Below are positions 19,698 through 29,017 of a stretch of 64,000 nucleotides of DNA, piece after piece. The notes beneath the pieces were generated by a model. It had not been told where the DNA came from and ran no database searches. It was given only the letters and a program-made list of their open reading frames with translations. The translations under genes were made by a program, and so were the position numbers. How positions within the stretch are numbered: position 1 is the first letter of the stretch; the number at the start of each line of letters is the position of its first letter. Origin of the DNA: Thermoanaerobaculia bacterium (GTDB taxonomy: Bacteria; Acidobacteriota; Thermoanaerobaculia; UBA5066); NCBI GenBank assembly GCA_963816185.1, contig CAWFJJ010000029.1, positions 384,001 through 448,000 on the forward strand. Reading direction: 5' to 3'.

Positions 19698-21344
19698 ATG
19701 ACCGAGTTCACAAGCGAAGAAATGCGGGTGCTCTCACCCTTCTTCACGAACGTCGACGCGCCCGTCTTCGGCCTGAAGCTCCCGCAGGAGGTCGCGGGGG
19801 CGCTTTTCTCGCGCTACAGCCGGACCGCCAAGAGCCTGAGGCGCGTCTTCCTCGACGAGTTCGTGGGCGAGCAGGGCCTTGCCGTGGGGCTCCTGGGCGG
19901 GGGCGACGCGGACGACGGCGACGCGCTGCGGAAGGCTCGCGCCTTTTACGACCGCGTTCTCGTCGGCTACGGCGACGACTCCGTCGCGCAGCTCGGCGGC
20001 GCGCATCTCGCGGTCGAGCGCGTCTCGAACGTGGCGGCGCAGGTGCTCGAGGACGCGCGCGTCGGAATCGCGTTCCTCGAGAAGTCCACGCGTTACGTCC
20101 GCTTCGACCAGCGCGACGCGGCCGGAGAGTTTCCGTGGTTCCGCGAGCCGTCGCTGATGGCCTCGCGGCACCGCGACGCCTACGCGGCGCTCATGGACCG
20201 CCTCTTTTCCACGTACGCGGCCCAGATCGATCCGATGATCGCCCACATCGAGCGCGTGCTCCCGATCGAGTCCGTGGCCGTGCGCCACCCGAAGACGGGA
20301 GAGCCCCTCGACTTCTCCGACGTGAAGCGCGACGCGGAGCTCCTGAAGGCGGCACGGCGCGCATATGCCGCGACCGTCCGGGCGCACGCATGCGACGTCA
20401 TGCGCAGCTATCTCCCGGCCGCCACGCTCACGAACCTCGGCATTTTCGCGACGGGGCAGGCTTTCGAGCACCTCCTGAACCGCCTCTACTCTCACCCCGC
20501 GGGCGAGTGTCGTCTGCTCGCCTCGGCCATGCGCCACGAGCTGGACCGGCTGATTCCGTCCTTCGTGAAGAGATCGGCCAGGAGCTCGTGGCAGGAGGGT
20601 CTGCGCACGCGCGCCGCCGGGGCCGCGGGGCGCGCGCTTCCTTCCGCCGCGCTTGCCGCGCCGGGAGCGACGCTCGTGGATTTCGACCGCGACGGGGAGG
20701 AGAAAGTCCTCGCGGCGCTTCTCTACCCGCATGCGGATCGGCCTCTGGCCGACGTACGCGCGCGCGTCCGGGCGATGAGCCCGCCCGAACGCACGGCGCT
20801 CCTTTCGTCCCTCGCCGCCGGCCGGCGAAACCGGCGCGACAAACCTCCGCGCGCGCTCGAGGAGGCCGTGTATACGTTCGACCTCCTCGGAAATCTGGGT
20901 ATCTATCGTGATCTCCACCGCCACAGAATCCTCTCGCAGGAGCGTCAGGCGTTCACGACGGCGCACGGGTACGACACGCCGCCCGAGATCCTCGAAGCTG
21001 GGCACGGCGCGGTCTTCGAGGAGTGCATGGCGCGGGCGCACGACCTTCACGAGGCCGTCGTGGCGGACCATCAGGTCGAGGCGCCGTATGTCGTCCCGTT
21101 CGCGTTCCGCGTGCGCTGGTACGTCACGCTGAACCTGCGCGAGGCCGTGCACCTGTGCGAGCTTCGCTCGATGCCGCAGGGACACCCGGATTACCGGCTC
21201 GTCGTGCAGGAAATGTGGCGGCGCATCGAGGAGGTCCATCCGGGCCTCGCCCCGTGGGGCGGCTTCGTGAATCGCGACACGTACCGCCTCGGCCGCCTTC
21301 AGTCCGAGATGCGCACGGAGTGGAAGCGAGCGGGCAGCGCCTGA
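19698..21344 (+). CDS. thyX: FAD-dependent thymidylate synthase, long tandem-domain type
   Basis: ALFSRYSR, GYGDDSVAQL, EKSTRY, RSYLPAAT and a second domain RDLHRHR..NLRE..ELRS.PQGH..YR. Confidence 0.88.
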   Translation: MTEFTSEEMRVLSPFFTNVDAPVFGLKLPQEVAGALFSRYSRTAKSLRRVFLDEFVGEQGLAVGLLGGGDADDGDALRKARAFYDRVLVGYGDDSVAQLGGAHLAVERVSNVAAQVLEDARVGIAFLEKSTRYVRFDQRDAAGEFPWFREPSLMASRHRDAYAALMDRLFSTYAAQIDPMIAHIERVLPIESVAVRHPKTGEPLDFSDVKRDAELLKAARRAYAATVRAHACDVMRSYLPAATLTNLGIFATGQAFEHLLNRLYSHPAGECRLLASAMRHELDRLIPSFVKRSARSSWQEGLRTRAAGAAGRALPSAALAAPGATLVDFDRDGEEKVLAALLYPHADRPLADVRARVRAMSPPERTALLSSLAAGRRNRRDKPPRALEEAVYTFDLLGNLGIYRDLHRHRILSQERQAFTTAHGYDTPPEILEAGHGAVFEECMARAHDLHEAVVADHQVEAPYVVPFAFRVRWYVTLNLREAVHLCELRSMPQGHPDYRLVVQEMWRRIEEVHPGLAPWGGFVNRDTYRLGRLQSEMRTEWKRAGSA

Positions 21345-21348
21345 GGGG

Positions 21349-21633
21349 TCATTCCTCCGCGGTCAGCGCGTCGAGGCCCGCGAGAATCGCGGCGGCATTC
21401 TCGTCGGGCCGCGCGAGGTAGACGGGAATCGCGCCCGGGATCTCGTGGTAGATCTCCATGAGGACCTCCGGGGCGTCCGTGACGACGGCGTCCATCCGCG
21501 CCGACCGGGCGAGGCGCTCGAGAATCGTTTCCAGCCCCCGCTCACCGAGGAACGTCGTCGTGGCCGGCGCGATCGCCCGCAGGCCTTCGAGCAGGTCGTG
21601 CCGCTCGAGCGTCGCGACGAGGACGTGGCGCAT
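21349..21633 (-). CDS. Small hypothetical protein (receiver-like alpha/beta pattern)
   Basis: SD AGGAGGAG before ATG 21633. Fills the gap between thyX and iscS. Confidence 0.55.
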   Translation of the reverse strand: MRHVLVATLERHDLLEGLRAIAPATTTFLGERGLETILERLARSARMDAVVTDAPEVLMEIYHEIPGAIPVYLARPDENAAAILAGLDALTAEE

Positions 21634-21681
21634 CGATGGGTCTCCTCCTTCATCTTGCAAACGGAAAGCCGCGAGCCGAGG

Positions 21682-22866
21682 ATGACGGCAGGCGGAGCCC
21701 GTTCGTTGAAGCTTCCCGTCTACCTCGATTATCACGCGACGACGCCGGTCGACCCGCGCGTCTTCGAGGCGATGCGCCCGTACTTTTCGGAGTATTTCGG
21801 AAACGCCGCGTCGGCGAGCCACGCCTTCGGGTGGCGCGCCGAGGCGGCCGTGACGAGAGGTCGCGAGGCCCTGGCCGCGCTCGTCGGCGCCAACCCGCGC
21901 GAGATCGTGTTCACGTCCGGCGCCACCGAGTCGGACAATCTCGCGATCCTCGGCGCTGCGCGGGCGCGCCGTACGCCGGGCGCCCACGTCGTCACGTCCG
22001 CGATCGAGCACCGCGCCGTCCTCGACCCGTGCCGCCGCCTCGAGTCGGAGGGCTTCGCCGTGACGGTGCTGAAGCCGGACGCTCACGGCGTCACGAGCGC
22101 GACCGCCGTGGCCGAGGCTCTCACGGAGCGCACGGTTCTCGTGTCCGTCATGGCGGCGAACAACGAGATCGGCACGCTCAATCCCGTCGGGGAGATCGCG
22201 CGAGTCTGCAAGGAGCGGGGAATCCTCTTCCACACGGACGCTGCCCAGGCGCTCGGCAAGATCCCGCTCGACGTGCACGCGCTCGGCCTCGATCTCGTCT
22301 CGTTCTCGGCTCACAAGCTGTGCGGGCCGAAAGGCGTCGGCGCTCTCTTCGTGCGCGCGATGAACCCGCGCGTGAGGCTCGATCCGATCGTGTTCGGCGG
22401 AGGCCACGAGCGCGGCCTCAGGTCCGGGACGCTCGACGTGCCGGGCATCGTGGGCTTCGGCGCGGCGGCCGAGATCGCGCGGGCGGAGGGAGAGGCCGAA
22501 ACGCGACGCGTTTCGGGCCTCCGAGATCGGCTGTGGGAGAGGCTTTGCGCGCGCGTCGACGGCATCTCGCGAAACGGTCCCGTCTCCGCCTGCCACCCCG
22601 GGAACCTGAACGTGACGATTCCGGGTGCGCCCGCAGACGCTGTCATGGCCGAGGCCCGCGACCTCGCGGTCTCGTCGGGATCGGCCTGCACGTCTGCGGA
22701 GGCGGCGCCGAGCCACGTCCTTCTCGCGCTCGGGCGGACGCGCGCGGAAGCCGAAGCCTCGATCCGCTTCGGCCTCGGCCGCTTCACGACGGAGGAGGAG
22801 ATCGACTGGGCGGCGGACGAAGTCGCCCGCGCGGTCGCGAGCGTGCGGGCGAGGAAGGCCCGTTGA
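21682..22866 (+). CDS. iscS: Cysteine desulfurase (IscS/NifS family)
   Basis: YLDYHATTP, FTSGATES, NNEIG, SAHK, SSGSACTS. Confidence 0.93.
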   Translation: MTAGGARSLKLPVYLDYHATTPVDPRVFEAMRPYFSEYFGNAASASHAFGWRAEAAVTRGREALAALVGANPREIVFTSGATESDNLAILGAARARRTPGAHVVTSAIEHRAVLDPCRRLESEGFAVTVLKPDAHGVTSATAVAEALTERTVLVSVMAANNEIGTLNPVGEIARVCKERGILFHTDAAQALGKIPLDVHALGLDLVSFSAHKLCGPKGVGALFVRAMNPRVRLDPIVFGGGHERGLRSGTLDVPGIVGFGAAAEIARAEGEAETRRVSGLRDRLWERLCARVDGISRNGPVSACHPGNLNVTIPGAPADAVMAEARDLAVSSGSACTSAEAAPSHVLLALGRTRAEAEASIRFGLGRFTTEEEIDWAADEVARAVASVRARKAR

Positions 22867-22898
22867 AGCGCGCGTGGCTGTTTAGAATCGCAGGGTCC

Positions 22899-23615
22899 GT
22901 GTCGACACGCACCGTCACATTCCTGGCACCAGTCGCGGTTCTCCTTGCTCTCCTGGCCGCGACCGCCGGGAGCAGGGCACAGGCGCCTTCCGGTGTCGGC
23001 GACGTGCGCGTGAGGGTGACGGTTCTGGGGCCCGATCACCGGCCGTCGCCGGCGCCGCAGGCGATCGTCTGGATCTCCGAAGGCAAGAAACCGGGATCTC
23101 TCGCGCCGTCGCCTGTCCATCCGCACATCGCGTCCAAGAGCAAACGTTTCGAGCCGCGGATCACGGCGGTGCCCGCCGGTACGACGGTCGACTTCCCGAA
23201 CCTCGACGGCATCTTCCACAACGTGTTCAGCCTGTCGCCGGGCGCGAGGTTCGATCTCGGCCTATACCGCAACGGCGCCTCGCGTGCGATGACGTTCGAC
23301 AACCCCGGGCTCGTCCGCGTCTACTGCAACATCCACCCGCAGATGGCCGCGTATCTCATGGTGATCGACGGAACGATCTGGGCGCAGACCGGTTCGGACG
23401 GAAGCGCTGTGCTCGCGAGCGTCCCTCAGGGACGCGCCGTCGTGCGCGCGTGGGACGAGAAGGGCGGCGACTATCAGGGCGCGGTCGAGGTGACCGCGGG
23501 AAAGACGGTCTCCCTCGCGATCGTGCTCGACGGCTCGAGCTGGCGCGAGACGCCCCACACGAACAAGTACGGAAAGAAATATCCTCCACCGGACGACGAT
23601 GCGAACCGGTACTGA
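22899..23615 (+). CDS. Exported cupredoxin-like protein with carboxypeptidase-regulatory-like C-domain
   Basis: Signal peptide; F.PR..VPAGTTVDFPN.D.IFHNVFS..YCNIHPQM (His/Cys/His/Met copper-ligand pattern). Confidence 0.75.
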   Translation: MSTRTVTFLAPVAVLLALLAATAGSRAQAPSGVGDVRVRVTVLGPDHRPSPAPQAIVWISEGKKPGSLAPSPVHPHIASKSKRFEPRITAVPAGTTVDFPNLDGIFHNVFSLSPGARFDLGLYRNGASRAMTFDNPGLVRVYCNIHPQMAAYLMVIDGTIWAQTGSDGSAVLASVPQGRAVVRAWDEKGGDYQGAVEVTAGKTVSLAIVLDGSSWRETPHTNKYGKKYPPPDDDANRY

Positions 23616-25758
23616 CAGCTCGATCTCGGGCGCGGCGACGCGCGTCACGCGATCCGAGAGGCCGCCGGCATCGTCTCCGCCTCCTTCGGTCGTGCGGCAC
23701 GCTCCCGCGCGCACCGGGCCGGGGCTCGCGACGAAGTTCTCCGTCGCCGCCGCGTTCCTCGTCCTCCTGACGCTCGGCGGAGCCGTCGCGGTCGCGACGT
23801 GGCGCGCGAACGAGGTCGCCGAGAGGAGCATCCGCGAGAGCCTGAACGCGCTCCCGGGAGTCTTTCGGGCCTACGAGGGGAGCAACGAAGACGCGCTTCG
23901 CCGGCAAGTCACGAGCGTCGCGGACGAGCCCGGTACGAAGGGGCTCTTCGACGCGAAGGACTCGAAGACTCTCCACGACTGGACGACGGACAAGGCCGAG
24001 AAGCTCAACGCACGGACGGTCTTCCTGTTCGACGCGAGCGGCGTCCTCCTCGACCGCAACGACCAGGAGATCGTCGACGAGAACCGGCCGTCCTTCGCGA
24101 AGGTGAAATGGGTGGCGGACGCTCTCCTCGGCATCCCCGCGACGGCCGTCATCCGCGAAGGAAAAGTCCTGGCCGCCGTGGCTGCCGTGCCCGTTCTCGC
24201 GGGCGACATGTCGCTCGGGGAAGGGCGCCTGCGCGGCGTCCTCGCGGTCGCCGTGCCTCTCGACGAGAGACGTGCGAAGACTCTGCGCGGCATCACGAAC
24301 GGTCAGACCGGGTTCCTCGCGAACACGGCCAGGCGCGGCGAGCCGCCGCGCGTCGAGCTCTCGGCCGCGACGGAAGGGTTCCGGGGCGATCTCCTCGTCC
24401 CGGCGCTCGCCGCCGACCGCTCCGCGATGGATTCGCTCTTTCGACAAGGACAGGCGGTGGGGCCCCTCGAGGTCCAGGTGGCGGGCGACCGCCGCGTTCT
24501 CGCGGCCGTGCCCCTCAAGAGCGCGACGGACGAGACGCTTGGAGCCTTCGTCGTCTCGCGCTCGCGGGACGAGGAGACGGCCGCATTCCGGAGGATCCGC
24601 GACACGCTCCTTCTCGTGGGCGGCCTCGCCCTCCTCCTCGCGCTCCCGATCTCTTTCGCCATGGGCCGGCGCATCGCGCGCCCCCTCGCGCAGCTCGCAA
24701 AAGGCGCGGCCGAGATCCGCGAAGGGAATCTCGACGTCAAGCTGCCGGAGGCGGGAGGCGACGAGGTCGGCGCGCTTGCCCGGGCTTTTCGCGCCCTGGT
24801 CCGCGAGCTGAAAGAGAAGGCCGCGCTCGAGCAGATGCTGGCGGAGATGCGGCGGCCCGACACGAACGTGACGCGGGTGGCGATGCTCACGACGCCCGCC
24901 GCGCCCGACGCGGCCGCGCGCGCGTTCGCGGGTCCGCGCACGGGGACGGTCTTCGCGGGGCGCTATCAGATCCTCGGGACGCTCGGCAAGGGCGGCATGG
25001 GAACGGTCTACCGCGCCCTCGACCGCGAGCTCGACGACGAGGTCGCCGTCAAAGTCCTGCTGCCCGAAGCCTTCGACGAAGGCAATACGATCGGCGTGAC
25101 ACTCAAGCAGGAGATCCGGCTCGCGCGGAAGATCACGCACCGCAACGTCGTGCGCACGCACGATCTCGGCGAGGCCGACGGCCTGAGGTTTCTCACGATG
25201 GAGTACGTGCCCGGCACGACTCTGCGCGACATCCTCGACCGGAAGGGCGCCCTCGCTGTCTCGCCCGGCCTGCAGATCGCGAAGCAGCTCTGCCGCGGAC
25301 TCGCGGCAGTTCACGAGGCCGGCATCATTCACCGCGACGTCAAGCCGCCGAACATCATGGTCCTCCCGAACGGCCTCGTGAAGCTGATGGACTTCGGCAT
25401 CGCGCGCGCGGCGGAAGGCGCGGATTCCGTCGCACAGGGCGACCAGACGGTCGGGACGCCGTTCTACATGAGCCCCGAACAGGCGGTCGGCCGCGAGCTC
25501 GATGCGCGAAGCGACATCTACTCGGTCGGCGTCGTTCTCTACGAGCTGTTCTCGGGGAAGCGGCCCATCGAAGGGCGCGATCCGGGCGAAGTCCTGCGCC
25601 GGCACGTGTCCTTCGAGCCGAAGCCTCTCACGATGCTCCGGCCGGACCTGCCCGATCTCCTGGCGCGCGTCGTCATGGCGTGTCTCGCGAAGAGCCCGGA
25701 GCAGCGCCCACCCACGGCAAACGACCTCTACGGCGCGCTCCAGCGCGTCGCGGTCTGA
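23599..25758 (+). CDS. Membrane sensor-HAMP-Ser/Thr protein kinase
   Basis: Two TMs around a periplasmic domain, HAMP (RPLAQL..DEVGALARAF), GKGGMG, VAVK, HRDVKPPN, DFG, GTPFYMSPEQ. Confidence 0.9.
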   Translation: MRTGTDSSISGAATRVTRSERPPASSPPPSVVRHAPARTGPGLATKFSVAAAFLVLLTLGGAVAVATWRANEVAERSIRESLNALPGVFRAYEGSNEDALRRQVTSVADEPGTKGLFDAKDSKTLHDWTTDKAEKLNARTVFLFDASGVLLDRNDQEIVDENRPSFAKVKWVADALLGIPATAVIREGKVLAAVAAVPVLAGDMSLGEGRLRGVLAVAVPLDERRAKTLRGITNGQTGFLANTARRGEPPRVELSAATEGFRGDLLVPALAADRSAMDSLFRQGQAVGPLEVQVAGDRRVLAAVPLKSATDETLGAFVVSRSRDEETAAFRRIRDTLLLVGGLALLLALPISFAMGRRIARPLAQLAKGAAEIREGNLDVKLPEAGGDEVGALARAFRALVRELKEKAALEQMLAEMRRPDTNVTRVAMLTTPAAPDAAARAFAGPRTGTVFAGRYQILGTLGKGGMGTVYRALDRELDDEVAVKVLLPEAFDEGNTIGVTLKQEIRLARKITHRNVVRTHDLGEADGLRFLTMEYVPGTTLRDILDRKGALAVSPGLQIAKQLCRGLAAVHEAGIIHRDVKPPNIMVLPNGLVKLMDFGIARAAEGADSVAQGDQTVGTPFYMSPEQAVGRELDARSDIYSVGVVLYELFSGKRPIEGRDPGEVLRRHVSFEPKPLTMLRPDLPDLLARVVMACLAKSPEQRPPTANDLYGALQRVAV

Positions 25759-25768
25759 GGACGGAACG

Positions 25769-26533
25769 ATGGCAAAGGGAATTCTGAAGGACAGGCTCCG
25801 GTCGGGCGAGGTCGTGCACGGCCTCCTGTCGCCGAACATCGAGCCGGATCTCGTCCAGACGCTCGGCCTCCTCGGTTTCGATCTCTATATCCTCGACACG
25901 GAGCACGGCACGGGCAGCCCGGTCGAGGCCGCGGCCGTCGTGCGGGCGTGCGAGGGAGCTGGCCTCGTCCCTCTCGTGCGGCCTCGCGGCCTCGACGCCA
26001 AGCTGATCCTGCAGTTCCTCGACGCCGGAATGACGGGAATCATGCTGCCCGGCGTGCGGAGTGCCGAGGACGTGAGGCGGCTCGTGGAAGCGGCCAAGTA
26101 CGCGCCGGAAGGCCTGCGCGGACTCGCGGCCATGCGCGCGAACAGCTTTCTCCTCGGTGCCGAGAAGCAGGAAGCCTGGGTCGCGCGCGCGAACCGCGAG
26201 ACGCTCGTCCTGCCGCAGATCGAGACGCGCGAGGCGCTGGAAAGTGTCGAGGACCTCGCGGCTGTGCCGGGCCTCGACGGCTTCATCGTGGGTCCGCGCG
26301 ATCTCGCGCTCGCGCTCGGCTTTCCGGACGGTCCCGCTCACCCCGAGATCGAGTCCGCGATCGACCGCGTCGTCCGCGTCGCGAAGAAGCGCGGCCTCGT
26401 CGTCGGCACCGTCGCGCCGACGGGTGTGCGCGCGAAAGACCTCGCCGCGCGCGGCCTCTCGATCCTCCTCCACTCCGTGACCGCGCTCCTGAAGACCGGA
26501 GCCGAGGCCTACTTCCGCGCGGCGCGCGGGTGA
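25769..26533 (+). CDS. HpcH/HpaI aldolase family
   Basis: LDTEHG, LDAG..GIMLP, YAPEG.RG, QIET, DGFIVGPRDL. Confidence 0.88.
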   Translation: MAKGILKDRLRSGEVVHGLLSPNIEPDLVQTLGLLGFDLYILDTEHGTGSPVEAAAVVRACEGAGLVPLVRPRGLDAKLILQFLDAGMTGIMLPGVRSAEDVRRLVEAAKYAPEGLRGLAAMRANSFLLGAEKQEAWVARANRETLVLPQIETREALESVEDLAAVPGLDGFIVGPRDLALALGFPDGPAHPEIESAIDRVVRVAKKRGLVVGTVAPTGVRAKDLAARGLSILLHSVTALLKTGAEAYFRAARG

Positions 26534-26597
26534 GAGGGAGGAGGCCGAAAATCTTCGGAAGGCCGGGCGGCGGGAGCTCGTGGACTGATTCGAAACT

Positions 26598-27275
26598 CTA
26601 TTTCAGCGTCAGCACGATATCCGGGAAAAAGCCCCCGTCCGGCGAGGCCGACGACGCATGCGACCTCTTCGCGACGATCCGGATCGTCTGACCGGGCTTG
26701 ACCTGAAGATCCCCGTAATCGATCGTTGATTCGACGAGCGTTCCCTTGATCGGCGTTCGCGGCGAGGCCTTCTTTCCGGAAAACCCCATGGAATCGACGA
26801 CCGTTTCCGTGTCGAACTGTCCCTTGCCTTTATAGCGCTCGACACTCGCCGCCGCCCAATGATCGACCGCCTTCGATTTCGTGCCGCCGGCGCAGGCAGC
26901 GCTCCGGTCCGCGTAACTCACGCACGCGTCGAGCTCGCCGCCATACTCGAACCCGCCGATTTTGGGAAACGTGAACTGCGCCCCGGTGGACGCGTTGTTG
27001 TCCGTGTCGAAATAGACGCGCACGACCTCGCTCGCGAACTCCCCGGGAGGATCTTTGAGCGTTGCCGCGACCGTGATCCGCCTTTCGTCGCTCCGGATCG
27101 CGAGCTTCACGACGTCGAAGCCGGGGTAATCGCCGCCTGTGGAATGGATCGGCGAGACGTCGCCGGCCGGGCTCGAGAGCTCGATCGCATGCATGGCCTT
27201 GACCGGCGGACGGGCGTTTTCTCCGAACGCCAGTGCGGCGGGCAGGCCGACCAGGAGACAGATGAGTCGCTTCAT
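26598..27275 (-). CDS. Exported hypothetical protein
   Basis: SD AGGAGG, signal peptide, YFDTDNNASTG motif. Confidence 0.7.
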   Translation of the reverse strand: MKRLICLLVGLPAALAFGENARPPVKAMHAIELSSPAGDVSPIHSTGGDYPGFDVVKLAIRSDERRITVAATLKDPPGEFASEVVRVYFDTDNNASTGAQFTFPKIGGFEYGGELDACVSYADRSAACAGGTKSKAVDHWAAASVERYKGKGQFDTETVVDSMGFSGKKASPRTPIKGTLVESTIDYGDLQVKPGQTIRIVAKRSHASSASPDGGFFPDIVLTLK

Positions 27276-27311
27276 GGCTTCCTCCTTGAAAGCGATCGTT
27301 GATCCACGGCC

Positions 27312-28946
27312 TCAGCTCTTGCTGATGAAGCCCCACGGCGCGGCCTGCCGCGCGTGGGGATCGAAGACGCCGCGCGGGACGGCGTGCCGGGGAAGCGCGA
27401 GCGCGCTGCCGGGCCGGACGACGGCCATCAGGGTGTCGCGGTGGGTCTTCACGAGGCGGCGCACGCTCTCGCCGGCGGCGGCCTCGAGGAGGATCGGCGC
27501 CGACTCGTGCCCCATCTTCGCGAGGTACGCCTCCCAGATCGCCTCGACGACGGGCATCCCCCGGAACGTCACGTTCGGCATCTTCCAGAACGCCGCGCTC
27601 AGGCGCTTCATCTTCTCCTCGAGCGCGGCCGGATCGTCGAGCGGCTCGTTCTCGAAGGGCGTGTGGGGCTTCGGGATGAACGCGTTCACCGTCGGAACGA
27701 GCGTACCCACGCGCCCGCGCTTGCGACCTTCCTCGAGAAACACGAGACGCAGCGCGTCCACGAGTCCGACGACGTCGTCGACGTCGGCGTCGGTCTCGCC
27801 CGGGAGGCCGACCTGCAAGTAGAGCTTGAGCTGGGTGATTCCCGAGCGCGCGATCAGGCGCACCTTGTCGAAGAGCATCTCGTCGGACACCTTCTTGTTG
27901 ATCGCGCGGCGGAGGCGCTCGTTGCCGGCCTCGGGCGCGATCGCGAGCGCGCGCTCGCCCTGCGCCGTCAGGATCGAGAGGATCTCTTCCGAGATCGCGT
28001 CGATCTTCACCGACGAAAGGGCGATGTGGTAGCCGAGGCCCGCAAGCCCTCTCAGAATCGGAAGGATCTCCGGATGGTCGGCGACGGCCGTCGCGATGAG
28101 GCCCGCACGCGACGTGAGAGAGCGGTTCCTGCTTGCGATCTCGAGGACCGCCTCGGCCGTGACCCGTACCTGCGGCGCCATCGCGTAGGCGGCCCAGCAG
28201 AAGCGGCACATTTCCGAGCAGCCCCGCGCGATCTCAATGAGGAGCTTGTCCGAGAGCTCGGTGTGCGGCGTCAGGAACGTCGTGTGCGGCGGCTCGCGGC
28301 GCGCGCCCTCGGCGGCCTTGAACTGCTGGACGACGATCTTTCCGTCCTCGGCGCCTTCGGCGCGCGCGCCGTGGACCGCCGGGACGTAGAGGCCCTTGAG
28401 CTCGCCGAGCGCGGCGAGGGTGGCTTCGCGCGAGAGATCGCGCCTGAGGACGTCCGCGAGGGAGGGGACGACCTTCTCCGCGTCGCCCAGCGCGAAGACG
28501 TCGACCCACGCCGCGAGCGGGGCGGGGTTGATGCGCGCGCAATCGCCGCCCACGAGGATGATCGGATCGCCCTCGCGGCGTTCCGAGCGCTCGAGCGGGA
28601 TACGCGCGGCGGGAAGAAGGCGGAGGAAGTTGACGTAGTCCATCTCCCACGAGATCGAGAACGCGACGAGCGGAAAATCGCCGAGGGGGGTGTCGGTCTC
28701 CAGCGTGCGCGGCCCGCGCCGGTCGGCGTTCTCGTCTGCGAAGAAACGGTCGCAGGCGACGTCCTCCTCGCGGTTCAGGAGGCGGTACACCCACTGAAAG
28801 CCGAGGTTCGACATTCCGATCTCGTAGGAGCTCGGAAACCCGAGGGCGACGCGCGTGCGGCCGTGCCGCGAGAGATGCTCCGTCGGCCGCTCTGCCGACA
28901 GCAGCATCCGGCGGCGCGAGACGGTTGGAGAGGTGGAGGCGGGCAT
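27312..28946 (-). CDS. Radical SAM protein (B12-binding-like N-domain)
   Basis: FPSSYEIGMSNLG, EIARGCSEMCRFC (CxxxCxxC), IAPEAG, FIPKPHTPF. Start uncertain. Confidence 0.88.
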   Translation of the reverse strand: MPASTSPTVSRRRMLLSAERPTEHLSRHGRTRVALGFPSSYEIGMSNLGFQWVYRLLNREEDVACDRFFADENADRRGPRTLETDTPLGDFPLVAFSISWEMDYVNFLRLLPAARIPLERSERREGDPIILVGGDCARINPAPLAAWVDVFALGDAEKVVPSLADVLRRDLSREATLAALGELKGLYVPAVHGARAEGAEDGKIVVQQFKAAEGARREPPHTTFLTPHTELSDKLLIEIARGCSEMCRFCWAAYAMAPQVRVTAEAVLEIASRNRSLTSRAGLIATAVADHPEILPILRGLAGLGYHIALSSVKIDAISEEILSILTAQGERALAIAPEAGNERLRRAINKKVSDEMLFDKVRLIARSGITQLKLYLQVGLPGETDADVDDVVGLVDALRLVFLEEGRKRGRVGTLVPTVNAFIPKPHTPFENEPLDDPAALEEKMKRLSAAFWKMPNVTFRGMPVVEAIWEAYLAKMGHESAPILLEAAAGESVRRLVKTHRDTLMAVVRPGSALALPRHAVPRGVFDPHARQAAPWGFISKS

Positions 28947-29017
28947 GGGACTTGCGGTTCCGAAGACCGCGAGGTCCGGTATTGTATCGGGACGAGAATG
29001 CCTGAAGGAGAACATCC

